Positions 35,633-44,217 of a stretch of DNA of 64,000 bases are shown here, piece after piece. The stretch's first letter is position 1, and each line of letters starts with the position of its first letter. Source of the stretch: Bacillota bacterium (GTDB lineage: Bacteria; Bacillota; Clostridia; Christensenellales; Borkfalkiaceae); the NCBI GenBank assembly GCA_019423125.1, contig JAHZBZ010000006.1, positions 42,404 to 106,403 of the forward strand, written 5' to 3'. Position numbers and translations under genes: made by a program. The notes below the pieces were generated by a model that saw only the letters and a program-made list of their open reading frames with translations, was not told the DNA's origin and searched no databases.

Positions 35633-35676
35633 GGCGCCTGCCCGCGCAAAATTTGCGCGGGCAGGCGCCTTTTTTT
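35633..35676 (+). terminator. Intrinsic terminator (plus-strand orientation)
   Basis: GGCGCCTGCCCGCGCAAA/ATTTGCGCGGGCAGGCGCC near-perfect palindrome followed by T7. Confidence 0.7.
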
Positions 35677-36089
35677 CAGCCGAGCCGCTTTTCCATGCGG
35701 ACGTGGGGCACGCCCTCGTCCGCCTCCGCCTCGCACGAAAAGCGGTAGCCGCAGCTCTCGTAAAAGCCGCGGGCGCGCGTCTGCGCGCACAGCGAGCACG
35801 CCTTCCCGCCCCGCCGCTTGATCTCCGCCTCCGCCGCGCGCAGAAGTTCCCTGCCCAGCCCGCCGCCGCGGAATTTTTTTCGCACCGCGAGCCTTCCGAT
35901 GTGCCAGCCCTCCGAAAAATAGACGCGGCACACGGCGGCGGGTTCGCCGTCCGCGTACAGCACGAGGTGCGCCGCCTGCGCGTCCGTCTCGTCGAATTCG
36001 CGGCAAAATCCCTGTTCGCGCACGAACACCTCTTCGCGTATTTCCTTTGCGTCCCGCGAGAGCGCGGAACAGCTCACTTTCAGTTCCAT
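35676..36089 (-). CDS. GNAT family N-acetyltransferase (YjcF-like)
   Basis: FVREQGF near the N-terminus and a motif A-like RKKFRGGGLGRELLRAAE. The start was chosen at MELKV (36089). Confidence 0.7.
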   Translation of the reverse strand: MELKVSCSALSRDAKEIREEVFVREQGFCREFDETDAQAAHLVLYADGEPAAVCRVYFSEGWHIGRLAVRKKFRGGGLGRELLRAAEAEIKRRGGKACSLCAQTRARGFYESCGYRFSCEAEADEGVPHVRMEKRLG

Positions 36090-36205
36090 GCCCGCAGTAT
36101 AGCGCATTTCCCGCCCGCGCGCAAGTGTTTTTGCGGCGGCGAGCAAAAAACCTTTTGCCCGATCCCCGCATACAATGTAGAGATTTCTCTTTTCAAGGAG
36201 GCGGG

Positions 36206-36832
36206 ATGGGCTATAAGATCATGAGCCCCGGCACGGTCACGATCGGGCCGCGGGTACGCATCGGAGAAGGGGCGACCATTTACCCCAACAACCACCTTCT
36301 GGGCGACACGACGGTGGGGGCGGGCGCGGTGCTCTATCCGAACAACATCGTCGAGGACAGCGAGGTGGGCGAAGGCGCCCGCCTGACGGCGAGCGTCGTG
36401 CGCGGCGCGAAGATCGGCGCGGGCGCGGAGGTGGGGCCGTTCTGCACCCTCCGTGCGGGCGCGTGCGTGGGCGAAAACTGCCGCGTCGGGGATTTCGTGG
36501 AGATCAAGAACGCCTCGATCGGCGCGCGCACCAAGATCGCGCACCTCGCCTACGTCGGCGACGCGGACGTGGGCGAGGCGTGCAACATCGGCTGCGGCGC
36601 CGTCTTTTGCAACTACGACGGCAGGAAAAAGAGCCGCACGCGGATGGGCAGCGGCTGTTTCGTGGGGAGCAACGTCAACCTGGTCGCGCCCCTCAGCCTC
36701 GGCGACGGCTGTTACATAGCGGCGGGCACGACCGTCACGCGCGACGTGCCCGCGGGCGCCTTCGTCATCGGACGGGTGCGGCAGGCGGAGCGGGGAATGC
36801 CCGCATCCCTTTCGGAGGGCGGCAATGGCTAA
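36206..36832 (+). CDS. Left-handed beta-helix acetyltransferase equivalent to the C-terminal (GlcN-1-P N-acetyltransferase) domain of GlmU
   Basis: Hexapeptide repeats plus a GlmU-type segment (GDFVEIKNASIGARTKIAHLAYVGDADVGEACNIGCGAVFCNYDGRKKSRT). Only 208 aa, so no uridyltransferase domain. AAGGAGG precedes the ATG. Confidence 0.8.
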   Translation: MGYKIMSPGTVTIGPRVRIGEGATIYPNNHLLGDTTVGAGAVLYPNNIVEDSEVGEGARLTASVVRGAKIGAGAEVGPFCTLRAGACVGENCRVGDFVEIKNASIGARTKIAHLAYVGDADVGEACNIGCGAVFCNYDGRKKSRTRMGSGCFVGSNVNLVAPLSLGDGCYIAAGTTVTRDVPAGAFVIGRVRQAERGMPASLSEGGNG

Positions 36833-38114
36833 GTATTTCGGCACGGACGGCATCCGCGGCGTCGCGGGGGAGGATTTGACCGCGCGCGTCGCCTTTGCGC
36901 TCGGCAACGCGCTCTGCCGCCTGCGCGAAAAGCCGCGCGTGGTGCTGGGCAGGGACACCCGTCCCTCTTCGCCCATGCTCGCGCTCGCGCTCGCGGCGGG
37001 GGTCGCGAGCGGCGGCGGGAAGGTGCTGGACGGCGGCGTTCTGCCCACGGCGGCGGTCGCCTTCTTCGTCCGCAGGGAGGGCGCCGATTTCGGCGCGGTG
37101 GTCAGCGCCTCGCACAACCCCGCGCGCTACAACGGCCTCAAACTCTTCGACGAGAACGGCTGCAAGCTGTCCGAGCGCGCCGAGGAGCGCGCGGAGAAGT
37201 TTTTCGGCGATTACCTGCACGCGCCGTCGCTCTCCTGCGGCGTGCGCGTGCCCCTGCGCGGCAAGGGCGCCTACGCCGATTCGCTCGCCGAGGACGCTGA
37301 CCTGCGCGGAAAGACCTTCGTCCTCGACTGCGCTTTCGGCGCGGCGGGCAGAGTCGCGCCCGCGCTCTTCCGCCGCCTGGGCGCGAAGGTGATCGCGCTC
37401 AACTGCTCGGGAGACGGGCGGCGCATCAACGACGGGTGCGGCGCGCTGTATCCCGCCTCCGTCTGCCGTGCGGTGCGCGAGACGGGCGCGGACGCGGGGT
37501 TTTGCTACGACGGGGACGCCGACCGCCTCATCGCCTGCGACGAGCGCGGGAACATCGTGGACGGCGACAAGGTGCTGTGCATCTTCGCGCGCGAACTTCA
37601 CCGCGCGGGGAAGCTGACGGGCGGCATCGCCGTGGGCACGGCGCACACCAATTCGGGGGTGGAGCGGGCGCTCGCGCGGGAGGGGATCACCCTTCTGCGC
37701 ACGGACGTCGGCGACAAATACGTCGCGGAGTGCATGCGCAGGACGGGCGCGGCGGTGGGCGGGGAACAGTCGGGGCACGTCATCCTCGCCGCGCGCACGA
37801 CGACGGGAGACGGCATCCTGACCTCGGTGCGGCTGGCGGCATTGCTGAGAGGGCGCAGGCTCTCGGAGCTTTCGGATTTTCCGCTCTTTCCGCAGTACAA
37901 TCTCAGCGTGACGGTCAAGGACAAAGTGCGCGTGCTCGGCAACGCGCAGGTACAGGCGGCGTGCGAGCGCGAAAAGGCGGGCGTCGCGCGGCTGATCGTG
38001 CGCGCGTCGGGCACCGAACCCGTCGTGCGCATCTTCGCGGAGGCGGAGGACGTGCGCGCCGCAAAGGCGGCGTGCGAGCGGGTGCGGCGTGCGGTCGCGC
38101 TCGCCGAAAAGTAG
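36825..38114 (+). CDS. glmM: Phosphoglucosamine mutase
   Basis: MAKYFGTDGIRG start and active-site SASHNPARYNGLK. Confidence 0.9.
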   Translation: MAKYFGTDGIRGVAGEDLTARVAFALGNALCRLREKPRVVLGRDTRPSSPMLALALAAGVASGGGKVLDGGVLPTAAVAFFVRREGADFGAVVSASHNPARYNGLKLFDENGCKLSERAEERAEKFFGDYLHAPSLSCGVRVPLRGKGAYADSLAEDADLRGKTFVLDCAFGAAGRVAPALFRRLGAKVIALNCSGDGRRINDGCGALYPASVCRAVRETGADAGFCYDGDADRLIACDERGNIVDGDKVLCIFARELHRAGKLTGGIAVGTAHTNSGVERALAREGITLLRTDVGDKYVAECMRRTGAAVGGEQSGHVILAARTTTGDGILTSVRLAALLRGRRLSELSDFPLFPQYNLSVTVKDKVRVLGNAQVQAACEREKAGVARLIVRASGTEPVVRIFAEAEDVRAAKAACERVRRAVALAEK

Positions 38115-38123
38115 GAGGGGAGT

Positions 38124-39908
38124 ATGTGCGGCATCGTCGGCTGTTTTGCGAAAGAGAGGTGTTACGAGCGGCTGTTCGGCGCGCTTTTGCGGCTGGAATA
38201 CCGCGGCTATGACTCGGCGGGCATCGCCGTCCTGCGGCGGGAGGAGGGGTGCGGCGGGCGCATTTCCCTGCGCAAGCGAAAGGGCGGGGTCGCGCGCCTT
38301 GCGGGCGAGCGGCTGGAGGGCGACGTCGGGATCGGGCACACCCGCTGGGCGACGCACGGCAGGCCGAGCGACGTCAACGCGCACCCGCATTGCAGCGGGA
38401 AGTTCGCGCTCGTGCACAACGGCATCGTCGAAAACTGCGCCGCCCTGCGCGAAGAGCTCGCGAAAGAGGGGGTGCGCTTCGTCTCGGAGACGGACAGCGA
38501 GGTGATCGTGCGGCTCATAGACCGCGCCTACCGCGGCAACTTCTTTGCGGCGGTCTGCGAGGCGTGCGCGCGGGTGGAGGGCGCCTTTGCGATCGCCGTG
38601 CTGTGCGAGGATTTTCCCGGCGAGCTCATCTGCGCGCGGCGCGGAAGTCCGCTCATCGCGGCGGCGGGCGGCGGCGCGCTGTACGTGTGCAGCGACATCC
38701 CCGCGCTGGACGACGCCGATTTCATCTGCCCGATGCAGGACGGCGAATTCGTGCGCATCCGCGACGGCGCGATGTGGTTTCTGGATGGCGAGGGCAACGT
38801 GATCCCCAAGACCTTCACCCGTCCGCCCGTCTGCGCCCGCCTGCGCGAGCGCTCCGCAAAGAGCTGCATGGAAGAGGAGATCTTCGAGATCCCGCGCGCC
38901 CTTTCGGACACCCTCGCGGGCATGCGGGAGACGGATTTTGCGCCCGCGGCGCGCGTCCTGCGCGCCGCAAAGCGGGTGTTTGCCGTCGCCTGCGGCACGG
39001 CGTATCACGCCGCCCTGCTGTTCAAGGACGCGCTGGAGCGCGACGCGCGCATCCCCGTGCTCTGTCAGCCCGCCTCCGAATTTCGCTGCCGCGATCCGCT
39101 CGCGGGGGAGGGGGACGTCGTCGTCGCGGTCAGCCAGAGCGGGGAGACCGCGGACACGCTCGCGGCGGCGCGGCTGGCGCGCGGGCGCGGCGCGTTCGTC
39201 GTGTGCGTGACCAACGTCGCCTGTTCCACCCTCGCGCGGGAGAGCGACTTCGTGCTCGCGATGTGCGCCGGCCCCGAGATCGCCGTCGCCGCGACCAAGA
39301 GCTACAACTGTCAGATCCTCTGCCTGTACTACCTCGCGGCGATGGTCTGTTTCTACAAATTCTGCGATTTTCCCGCCTGGTTCTCCGCGCTGGATTCTCT
39401 GCCCGCGGCGACGGCGCAGACCTTTTCCCTCTTCCCGCAGATGCACTCCCTCGCAAATTCCCTGCGTGGCGTGCGCGCGCTCTATTTCATCGGGAGGGGC
39501 GAGGACGTGCGCACGGCGAGAGAGGGCGCGCTCAAGGTCAAGGAGATCGCCTACGTCTTTGCGGAGGGCTACGCCGCGGGCGAGCTCAAGCACGGCACCC
39601 TCGCGCTCATCGAGGAGGGGTTCCCCGTGTTTGCGCTCTCCACGAAGGCGGAACTTCTCAAAAAGACGGAGAGCGCGCTCGAGGAGGTGCGCTCGCGCGG
39701 CGGGCTCACCGTGCTCTTTTCGCAGTATGCGGAGGCATTGGAAAGCTCGTGCGCGGACGTGTGCGTCCGCCTTCCCGAGGCGGACGAGCGGCTCATGCCC
39801 CTGCTGTCCGTCATCCCGCTGCAATACTTCGCGTGCAGCATGTGCCTGCTGCGCGGCTACGACCCCGACCGCCCGCGCAATCTCGCGAAATCTGTTACGG
39901 TGGAATAA
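38124..39908 (+). CDS. glmS: Glutamine--fructose-6-phosphate aminotransferase (isomerizing)
   Basis: MCGIVG N-terminal nucleophile, two SIS domains, and a C-terminal ...NLAKSVTVE. Confidence 0.95.
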   Translation: MCGIVGCFAKERCYERLFGALLRLEYRGYDSAGIAVLRREEGCGGRISLRKRKGGVARLAGERLEGDVGIGHTRWATHGRPSDVNAHPHCSGKFALVHNGIVENCAALREELAKEGVRFVSETDSEVIVRLIDRAYRGNFFAAVCEACARVEGAFAIAVLCEDFPGELICARRGSPLIAAAGGGALYVCSDIPALDDADFICPMQDGEFVRIRDGAMWFLDGEGNVIPKTFTRPPVCARLRERSAKSCMEEEIFEIPRALSDTLAGMRETDFAPAARVLRAAKRVFAVACGTAYHAALLFKDALERDARIPVLCQPASEFRCRDPLAGEGDVVVAVSQSGETADTLAAARLARGRGAFVVCVTNVACSTLARESDFVLAMCAGPEIAVAATKSYNCQILCLYYLAAMVCFYKFCDFPAWFSALDSLPAATAQTFSLFPQMHSLANSLRGVRALYFIGRGEDVRTAREGALKVKEIAYVFAEGYAAGELKHGTLALIEEGFPVFALSTKAELLKKTESALEEVRSRGGLTVLFSQYAEALESSCADVCVRLPEADERLMPLLSVIPLQYFACSMCLLRGYDPDRPRNLAKSVTVE

Positions 39909-39947
39909 CCCGCCCGTTCCCTGCGCATACTGATGCGGGAGGGAACT

Positions 39948-40391
39948 ATGGAAAGAGACAAAAAGGGAAGCGAACTTCTCGCAGAAGTCTATCGCAACAC
40001 GCACTACGCGATCGCGTCCATTTCGGACATCCTGCCCGAGACGGAAGAGGGCGCGCTGCGCGAAGAGATCAAGCGCATGCACGAGGGCTACGAGCGCATC
40101 GGCGGCAGGGCGGCGCAGATCGCAAAGGAACGCGGCGTTCAGCTGCGCGAGCCCAACCCCGTCAAGCGCGCGATGATGTGGGGCGGCGTCAAGCTCAACA
40201 CGATGAAAGACGGCTCGGAAGAGCACATCGCGCAGATGCTCACGCAGGGCACCGTGATGGGCATCACCTCGCTCTTCCGCTCCATCGGCGAGGCGAAGGA
40301 CGACGCGGAACGGGACGTCCTGGAGCTCGCGGGCGATCTGCTCGCGATGGAACAGGACTACGAACAGGCGCTCAAAAAATATCTCTGCTGA
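39948..40391 (+). CDS. Hypothetical protein (helical, about 147 aa)
   Basis: GGGAGGGA lies 4 nt before the ATG at 39948. A strong terminator hairpin follows at about 40399-40440. No family was recognised. Confidence 0.5.
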   Translation: MERDKKGSELLAEVYRNTHYAIASISDILPETEEGALREEIKRMHEGYERIGGRAAQIAKERGVQLREPNPVKRAMMWGGVKLNTMKDGSEEHIAQMLTQGTVMGITSLFRSIGEAKDDAERDVLELAGDLLAMEQDYEQALKKYLC

Positions 40392-40447
40392 GTGCGCCAA
40401 AAAGAGGGCGCGGACGGAAAAAAACCGTCCGCGCCCTTTAAAAATGC

Positions 40448-40569
40448 TTGACTTGTATCCCTTTATAAGATAAAATAGAGCATGAGCCGCTCGTAGCGGG
40501 CTTTTTAAGTGCGCGCTTTTTCGCGCCGCCTTGGCACACGGCGAGACTGGAAAGAGGAGGTATTCTATT
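40448..40569 (+). promoter_or_regulatory. rplU promoter and about 87-nt leader with a terminator-like hairpin (candidate L21-leader-type attenuator)
   Basis: TTGACT (40448-40453), 17-nt spacer, TAAAAT (40471-40476). The leader has GAGCCGC-TCGT-AGCGGGCT followed by TTTTT, then a second GC hairpin before the SD. Confidence 0.45.
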
Positions 40570-40875
40570 TTGTACGCAATCATCGAGAACGGAAACAAGC
40601 AGTATAAGGTTTCCGAGGGCGACGTCGTCCGCGTCGAAAAACTCAAGGCGGATGTGGGCGAGTCGGTCGAATTCAAAGTCGTCATGGTCTCCGACGAGAA
40701 CGGGGTCAAGACGGGCGCAGACGTCGCGGGCGCGAAGGTCGAGGCGAAAGTCGAGGCGCAGGACAAGTTCAAGAAGATCATCGTCTTCAAGTACAAGCCC
40801 AAGAAGAACGAGCGCAAAAAGCAGGGTCACAGACAGCCCTTCACCGCAGTCAAGATCGAAAAGATCGTGCTGTAA
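40570..40875 (+). CDS. rplU: 50S ribosomal protein L21 (TTG start)
   Basis: (M)[26 protein letters not shown] lies upstream of the TTG at 40570. Confidence 0.9.
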   Translation: MYAIIENGNKQYKVSEGDVVRVEKLKADVGESVEFKVVMVSDENGVKTGADVAGAKVEAKVEAQDKFKKIIVFKYKPKKNERKKQGHRQPFTAVKIEKIVL

Positions 40876-40898
40876 TCGAACACAGGAGGTAAAATAAA

Positions 40899-41177
40899 AT
40901 GATGTTCATCAATTTATTTGCTCATAAAAAAGGAACGGGCTCGTCGCACAACGGAAGAGACAGCGAGGCGAAGCGCCTCGGCGTAAAGCGTTCGGACGGC
41001 CAGGAAGTGCTCGCGGGCAACATCCTCGTCCGTCAGCGCGGCACCAAGTTCCACGCAGGCAACAACGTCGGCATCGGCAAGGACGACACTCTGTTCGCTC
41101 TGGTCGACGGCGTCGTCCGCTTCGAGAGACTGGGCAAAGACAAAAAGCAGGTCAGCGTCTACGCGAAGGCCGAGTAA
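40899..41177 (+). CDS. rpmA: 50S ribosomal protein L27 with a short N-terminal extension
   Basis: [36 protein letters not shown] lies 9 nt upstream. Confidence 0.95.
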   Translation: MMFINLFAHKKGTGSSHNGRDSEAKRLGVKRSDGQEVLAGNILVRQRGTKFHAGNNVGIGKDDTLFALVDGVVRFERLGKDKKQVSVYAKAE

Positions 41178-41190
41178 AAAAAGACACGCA

Positions 41191-41230
41191 TCGTCCCGAA
41201 GCATTCGCTTCGGGACGATTTTTTCTTTTC
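41191..41230 (+). terminator. Intrinsic terminator after rpmA
   Basis: TCGTCCCGAAGC-ATTC-GCTTCGGGACGA followed by TTTTTTCTTTT. Confidence 0.8.
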
Positions 41231-41343
41231 GGTTGTCTTTTTTTCGGGTGTATGATAAAATGAGGGCGTAAAAACGGGAAGCCGTACGCTTTTGAAAAAA
41301 AGCGCCGCGCGGCATTTTCAAAAACCGAAAGAGGAGGAAGACC

Positions 41344-41859
41344 ATGGCGAAGATCCTGACGGTGTATTTTTCCCGAAAGGGAGAGAACTATTGGAAGGGC
41401 GCCGTGCGCGATCTGGAAAAGGGCAACACCGAGATCGCGGCGGAGTTCGTGCAGAAGGCGGTGGGCGGCGCGCTCTTTGAGGTGCAGACGGCGGAGGACT
41501 ACCCCGCCGAATACCGCGCCTGCTGTGCGCAGGCGGCACGGGAACTGCGCGAAAACGCGCGCCCCGCGCTGAAAGCGCTTCCCGCAGAGGCAAAGGAGTG
41601 CGACGTCCTGTTCCTCGGCTATCCCAACTGGTGCGGCACCATGCCGATGGCGCTGTTCACCTTTTTGGAGAGCTTCGATCTTTCGGGCAAGACGATCGCG
41701 CCCTTTTGCACCAACGAGGGCAGCGGCATGGGCCGCAGCGAGGCGGACATCGCAAAGCTCTGCCCCGGCGCGCGCGTCGCAAAGGGACTGTCCGTGCGCG
41801 GGTGCGAGGCGGCGCAGTCGGAGGCGCGCATCGCGGAATGGGCAAAGGCCAACCTCTGA
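41344..41859 (+). CDS. Flavodoxin family protein
   Basis: KILTVYFSRKGEN start (flavodoxin-like fold P-loop equivalent). 171 aa, with GYPNWCGTMP. Confidence 0.7.
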   Translation: MAKILTVYFSRKGENYWKGAVRDLEKGNTEIAAEFVQKAVGGALFEVQTAEDYPAEYRACCAQAARELRENARPALKALPAEAKECDVLFLGYPNWCGTMPMALFTFLESFDLSGKTIAPFCTNEGSGMGRSEADIAKLCPGARVAKGLSVRGCEAAQSEARIAEWAKANL

Positions 41860-41974
41860 CCCTTTTCCGAGAAGACAAGAGAACGCCCTGCGGCGCAAGG
41901 CTTGCGCCACAGGGCGTTTTTTCGGCAGGGCAGACAAAAAAGACGGGGCGTGCGATCGCACGCCCCGAAGGATG

Positions 41975-42277
41975 TCAGCCGACGATGTTTACGAATTGTG
42001 AATAGGTGTTCGGGAAGAACAGGAACACGACGATGAGCGCGCACAGCGCGAGGAAGATGATCTGGAAGAGGAAGTTGCGCTTGGACATCGCCTCACAGCC
42101 GACCACGCCGACGAGGACGAGCGAACCGTAAGCGCGGATCACTTCGAACACGTTGTAGACGGAATCGGGCAGGAAATTGAAGTTGGAGTTGATGATCAGC
42201 AGGGCATAGACGATGACGAGAAGCACTGCGAGGATCTCGCCGATGATGTCGAACACCTTTTCAAAACTTTTGAACAT
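41975..42277 (-). CDS. Small membrane protein (100 aa, 3 TM)
   Basis: Hydrophobic throughout. A terminator hairpin plus T-run lies downstream at 41942-41970 (minus strand). No family was recognised. Confidence 0.5.
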   Translation of the reverse strand: MFKSFEKVFDIIGEILAVLLVIVYALLIINSNFNFLPDSVYNVFEVIRAYGSLVLVGVVGCEAMSKRNFLFQIIFLALCALIVVFLFFPNTYSQFVNIVG

Positions 42278-42387
42278 GGAATAGACCTCCTTGTTTTTCC
42301 GCGTTGCGGTTTTTCTCTATTTTACCTTTTTTTTCCGCATTCGTCAACCCCTTGCCCCGAAAAGGAATGTGAAAAAATACGACGCGG

Positions 42388-42930
42388 TCAATAGGGCTTT
42401 TTTTCGTCAAACTGTTCGGTGCCGTCCACGGCGGCGATCACCTCGTCGAGATCGAGCTCGTTTCCCTCGGCGTCTTGGGGGCGGGAGGGGATGAACACCC
42501 TTTTTCCGAATCCAGCGGCGAACTTGCGCTCGAAGTATTCGCTCACGGCATTGACGAACAGTCCCCAGAGCAGGAAGGGCACGGAGATGCAGGTCATGAC
42601 GACGGAGACGACGTTGTCCGCATGCACGGCGGAAAAGATGAAGCCGAACGCCAGCGCCGAGCAGAGCAGCTGTACGGCGTATTTTGCCATCTTGACGAAG
42701 CGGTGCAGCTTCGGGCGCGGCTTGTTGCGCAGGTTGATGCGGTAGCTGAGAAATGTGATGATGCAGGACAAAAACAGCGCGACGCCGATCATGCACAGCA
42801 GTGCGATGCCCAGCGGCGAGCGGTAGGTCAGGTAGTAGTACAGCGCATATGCCGAATACAGCGCATACCCCGCGCAGAAGACGCAGCTGAGCACAAATTT
42901 TGAAGTTTTTATTTTTTGTCTGAAACTCAT
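42388..42930 (-). CDS. Hypothetical membrane protein (180 aa)
   Basis: Start taken at MSFRQKIK (42930). Four TM segments followed by an acidic tail. Confidence 0.5.
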   Translation of the reverse strand: MSFRQKIKTSKFVLSCVFCAGYALYSAYALYYYLTYRSPLGIALLCMIGVALFLSCIITFLSYRINLRNKPRPKLHRFVKMAKYAVQLLCSALAFGFIFSAVHADNVVSVVMTCISVPFLLWGLFVNAVSEYFERKFAAGFGKRVFIPSRPQDAEGNELDLDEVIAAVDGTEQFDEKKPY

Positions 42931-43135
42931 CGATCGTCCGCCGGATTTTGCTTTTGTACAGTAAGTATAGTATGAAAAGCGCGTTTTGGCAATCTTTTTA
43001 AGAAGAATTTTGCGATATTTTTGCGCGAAAAAACCGTTTTTTTGTTTACAATGCCGCGCGGCGCGTGTTATAATAAGTGAAATAACGCATTTTTTATGTG
43101 CGCGGGCGCATATCCGCGCAAAAAGGGAGAGTGCA

Positions 43136-44029
43136 GTGCAGGAAATTGTCTTTCCCTCCGAGTATTTTTCTCCGCGCGCCACGCTGACCTGCGGGCAGGT
43201 GTTCCGCTTTCGCGAGCTCGGGGAGGACTTTCTCCTCTTTGCGGGAGAGCGGGCGTGCCGCATCGGCGAGCGGGAGGGACTCGTGCACATACTCTGCGAG
43301 GACGCCGCGTTTTTTGAGGAGTATTTCGACTTAAAGCGGGACTATGCCGCAATCTGTGCGGCGGCGCAGGCGGGCTCAGATCCCTTCGTCTGCCGCGCGG
43401 CGCAGTGCGGCAAGGGCATCCGCATCCTGCGGCAGGACCCCGCCGAGACCATCGTCTCCTTTCTGCTCTCGCAGAACAACAACATCCCGCGCATCCGCTC
43501 TCTTCTCTTCCGCCTTTGCGAGGCGCTCGGCGAGCGCCGCAGCTTTTGCGGTGAGGAGTACTTCACATTCCCCGCGACGGAAAAGCTCGCTTCGGCAGGG
43601 GAGGCGTTCTATCGGGAGTTGGGCTTCGGCTACCGCGCCGCCTATCTCGCGCAGACTTGCGCGCGGCTGTGCGAGCGCATGCCCGACCCTTCGCTTTCCA
43701 CCAAAGAACTTCGCGGACAGCTTTTGTCCCTGCCCGGCATCGGCCCGAAAGTCGCGGACTGCATCCTGCTTTTCGGGTATGCGCGGACGGAGGCTTTTCC
43801 CGTCGACACATGGGTGGAGCGTATCTACCGCGAACGGATGGGCGGAGCGCTCAGAGACAGGGAAAAGATCGCGGCATATTTCCGCGGACGGTTCGGCGCC
43901 GAGGGCGGGATCGTACAGCAATATCTCTTTTATTACGAGAAGGAGGAACGAGAATGGCATCGATCACGATTGACGAAAAGGTGTGCAAAGGGTGCGGGCT
44001 CTGCGCCGACGCATGCCCCAAAAAGGTGA
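43136..44029 (+). CDS. 8-oxoguanine DNA glycosylase/AP lyase (HhH-GPD, OGG family)
   Basis: HhH-GPD segment LLSLPGIGPKVADCILLFGY...FPVDTWV. The GTG start at 43136 lies 5 nt after AAAGGGAGA. The 3' end overlaps the next CDS by 76 nt. Confidence 0.7.
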   Translation: MQEIVFPSEYFSPRATLTCGQVFRFRELGEDFLLFAGERACRIGEREGLVHILCEDAAFFEEYFDLKRDYAAICAAAQAGSDPFVCRAAQCGKGIRILRQDPAETIVSFLLSQNNNIPRIRSLLFRLCEALGERRSFCGEEYFTFPATEKLASAGEAFYRELGFGYRAAYLAQTCARLCERMPDPSLSTKELRGQLLSLPGIGPKVADCILLFGYARTEAFPVDTWVERIYRERMGGALRDREKIAAYFRGRFGAEGGIVQQYLFYYEKEEREWHRSRLTKRCAKGAGSAPTHAPKR

Positions 44030-44160
44030 TCTCGCTGAGCGAGCACCGCATGAACGCGAACGGATATTTCGTCGCGGAGGCGGTCAACCCGCAGAACTGC
44101 ATCGGCTGCAGCTTCTGCGCGATCATGTGCCCCGATTGTGCGATCGAGGTGGACAAATAA
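43954..44160 (+). CDS. 4Fe-4S dicluster ferredoxin (delta subunit of 2-oxoacid:ferredoxin oxidoreductase)
   Basis: Two CxxCxxCxxxCP motifs (CKGCGLCADACP and CIGCSFCAIMCP); 68 aa. Confidence 0.8.
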   Translation: MASITIDEKVCKGCGLCADACPKKVISLSEHRMNANGYFVAEAVNPQNCIGCSFCAIMCPDCAIEVDK

Positions 44161-44217
44161 TTTTCAGGATCTGAGAAATGATCTGCCGCGCCCCGCGCGG
44201 CGGAAGGAGTTATATCT

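Noticed and set aside
36765-40817. Very long ORFs antisense or out of frame to recognised genes. Examples: 36765..40817(-) 1350 aa, 55283..58732(+) 1149 aa, 30676..33783(-) 1035 aa, 60295..63048(-) 917 aa, 18534..21065(+) 843 aa, 7881..10181(-) 766 aa, 26702..28993(-) 763 aa, 14200..16338(+) 712 aa, 52421..55442 alternates, and many 100-550 aa ORFs.
   Set aside because: Stop codons are rare in non-coding frames of ~65% GC DNA. These translations are Arg/Ala/Gly/His/Pro-rich low-complexity strings without motifs. Each lies opposite, or out of frame with, a CDS that has clear family motifs, an SD and sensible boundaries.
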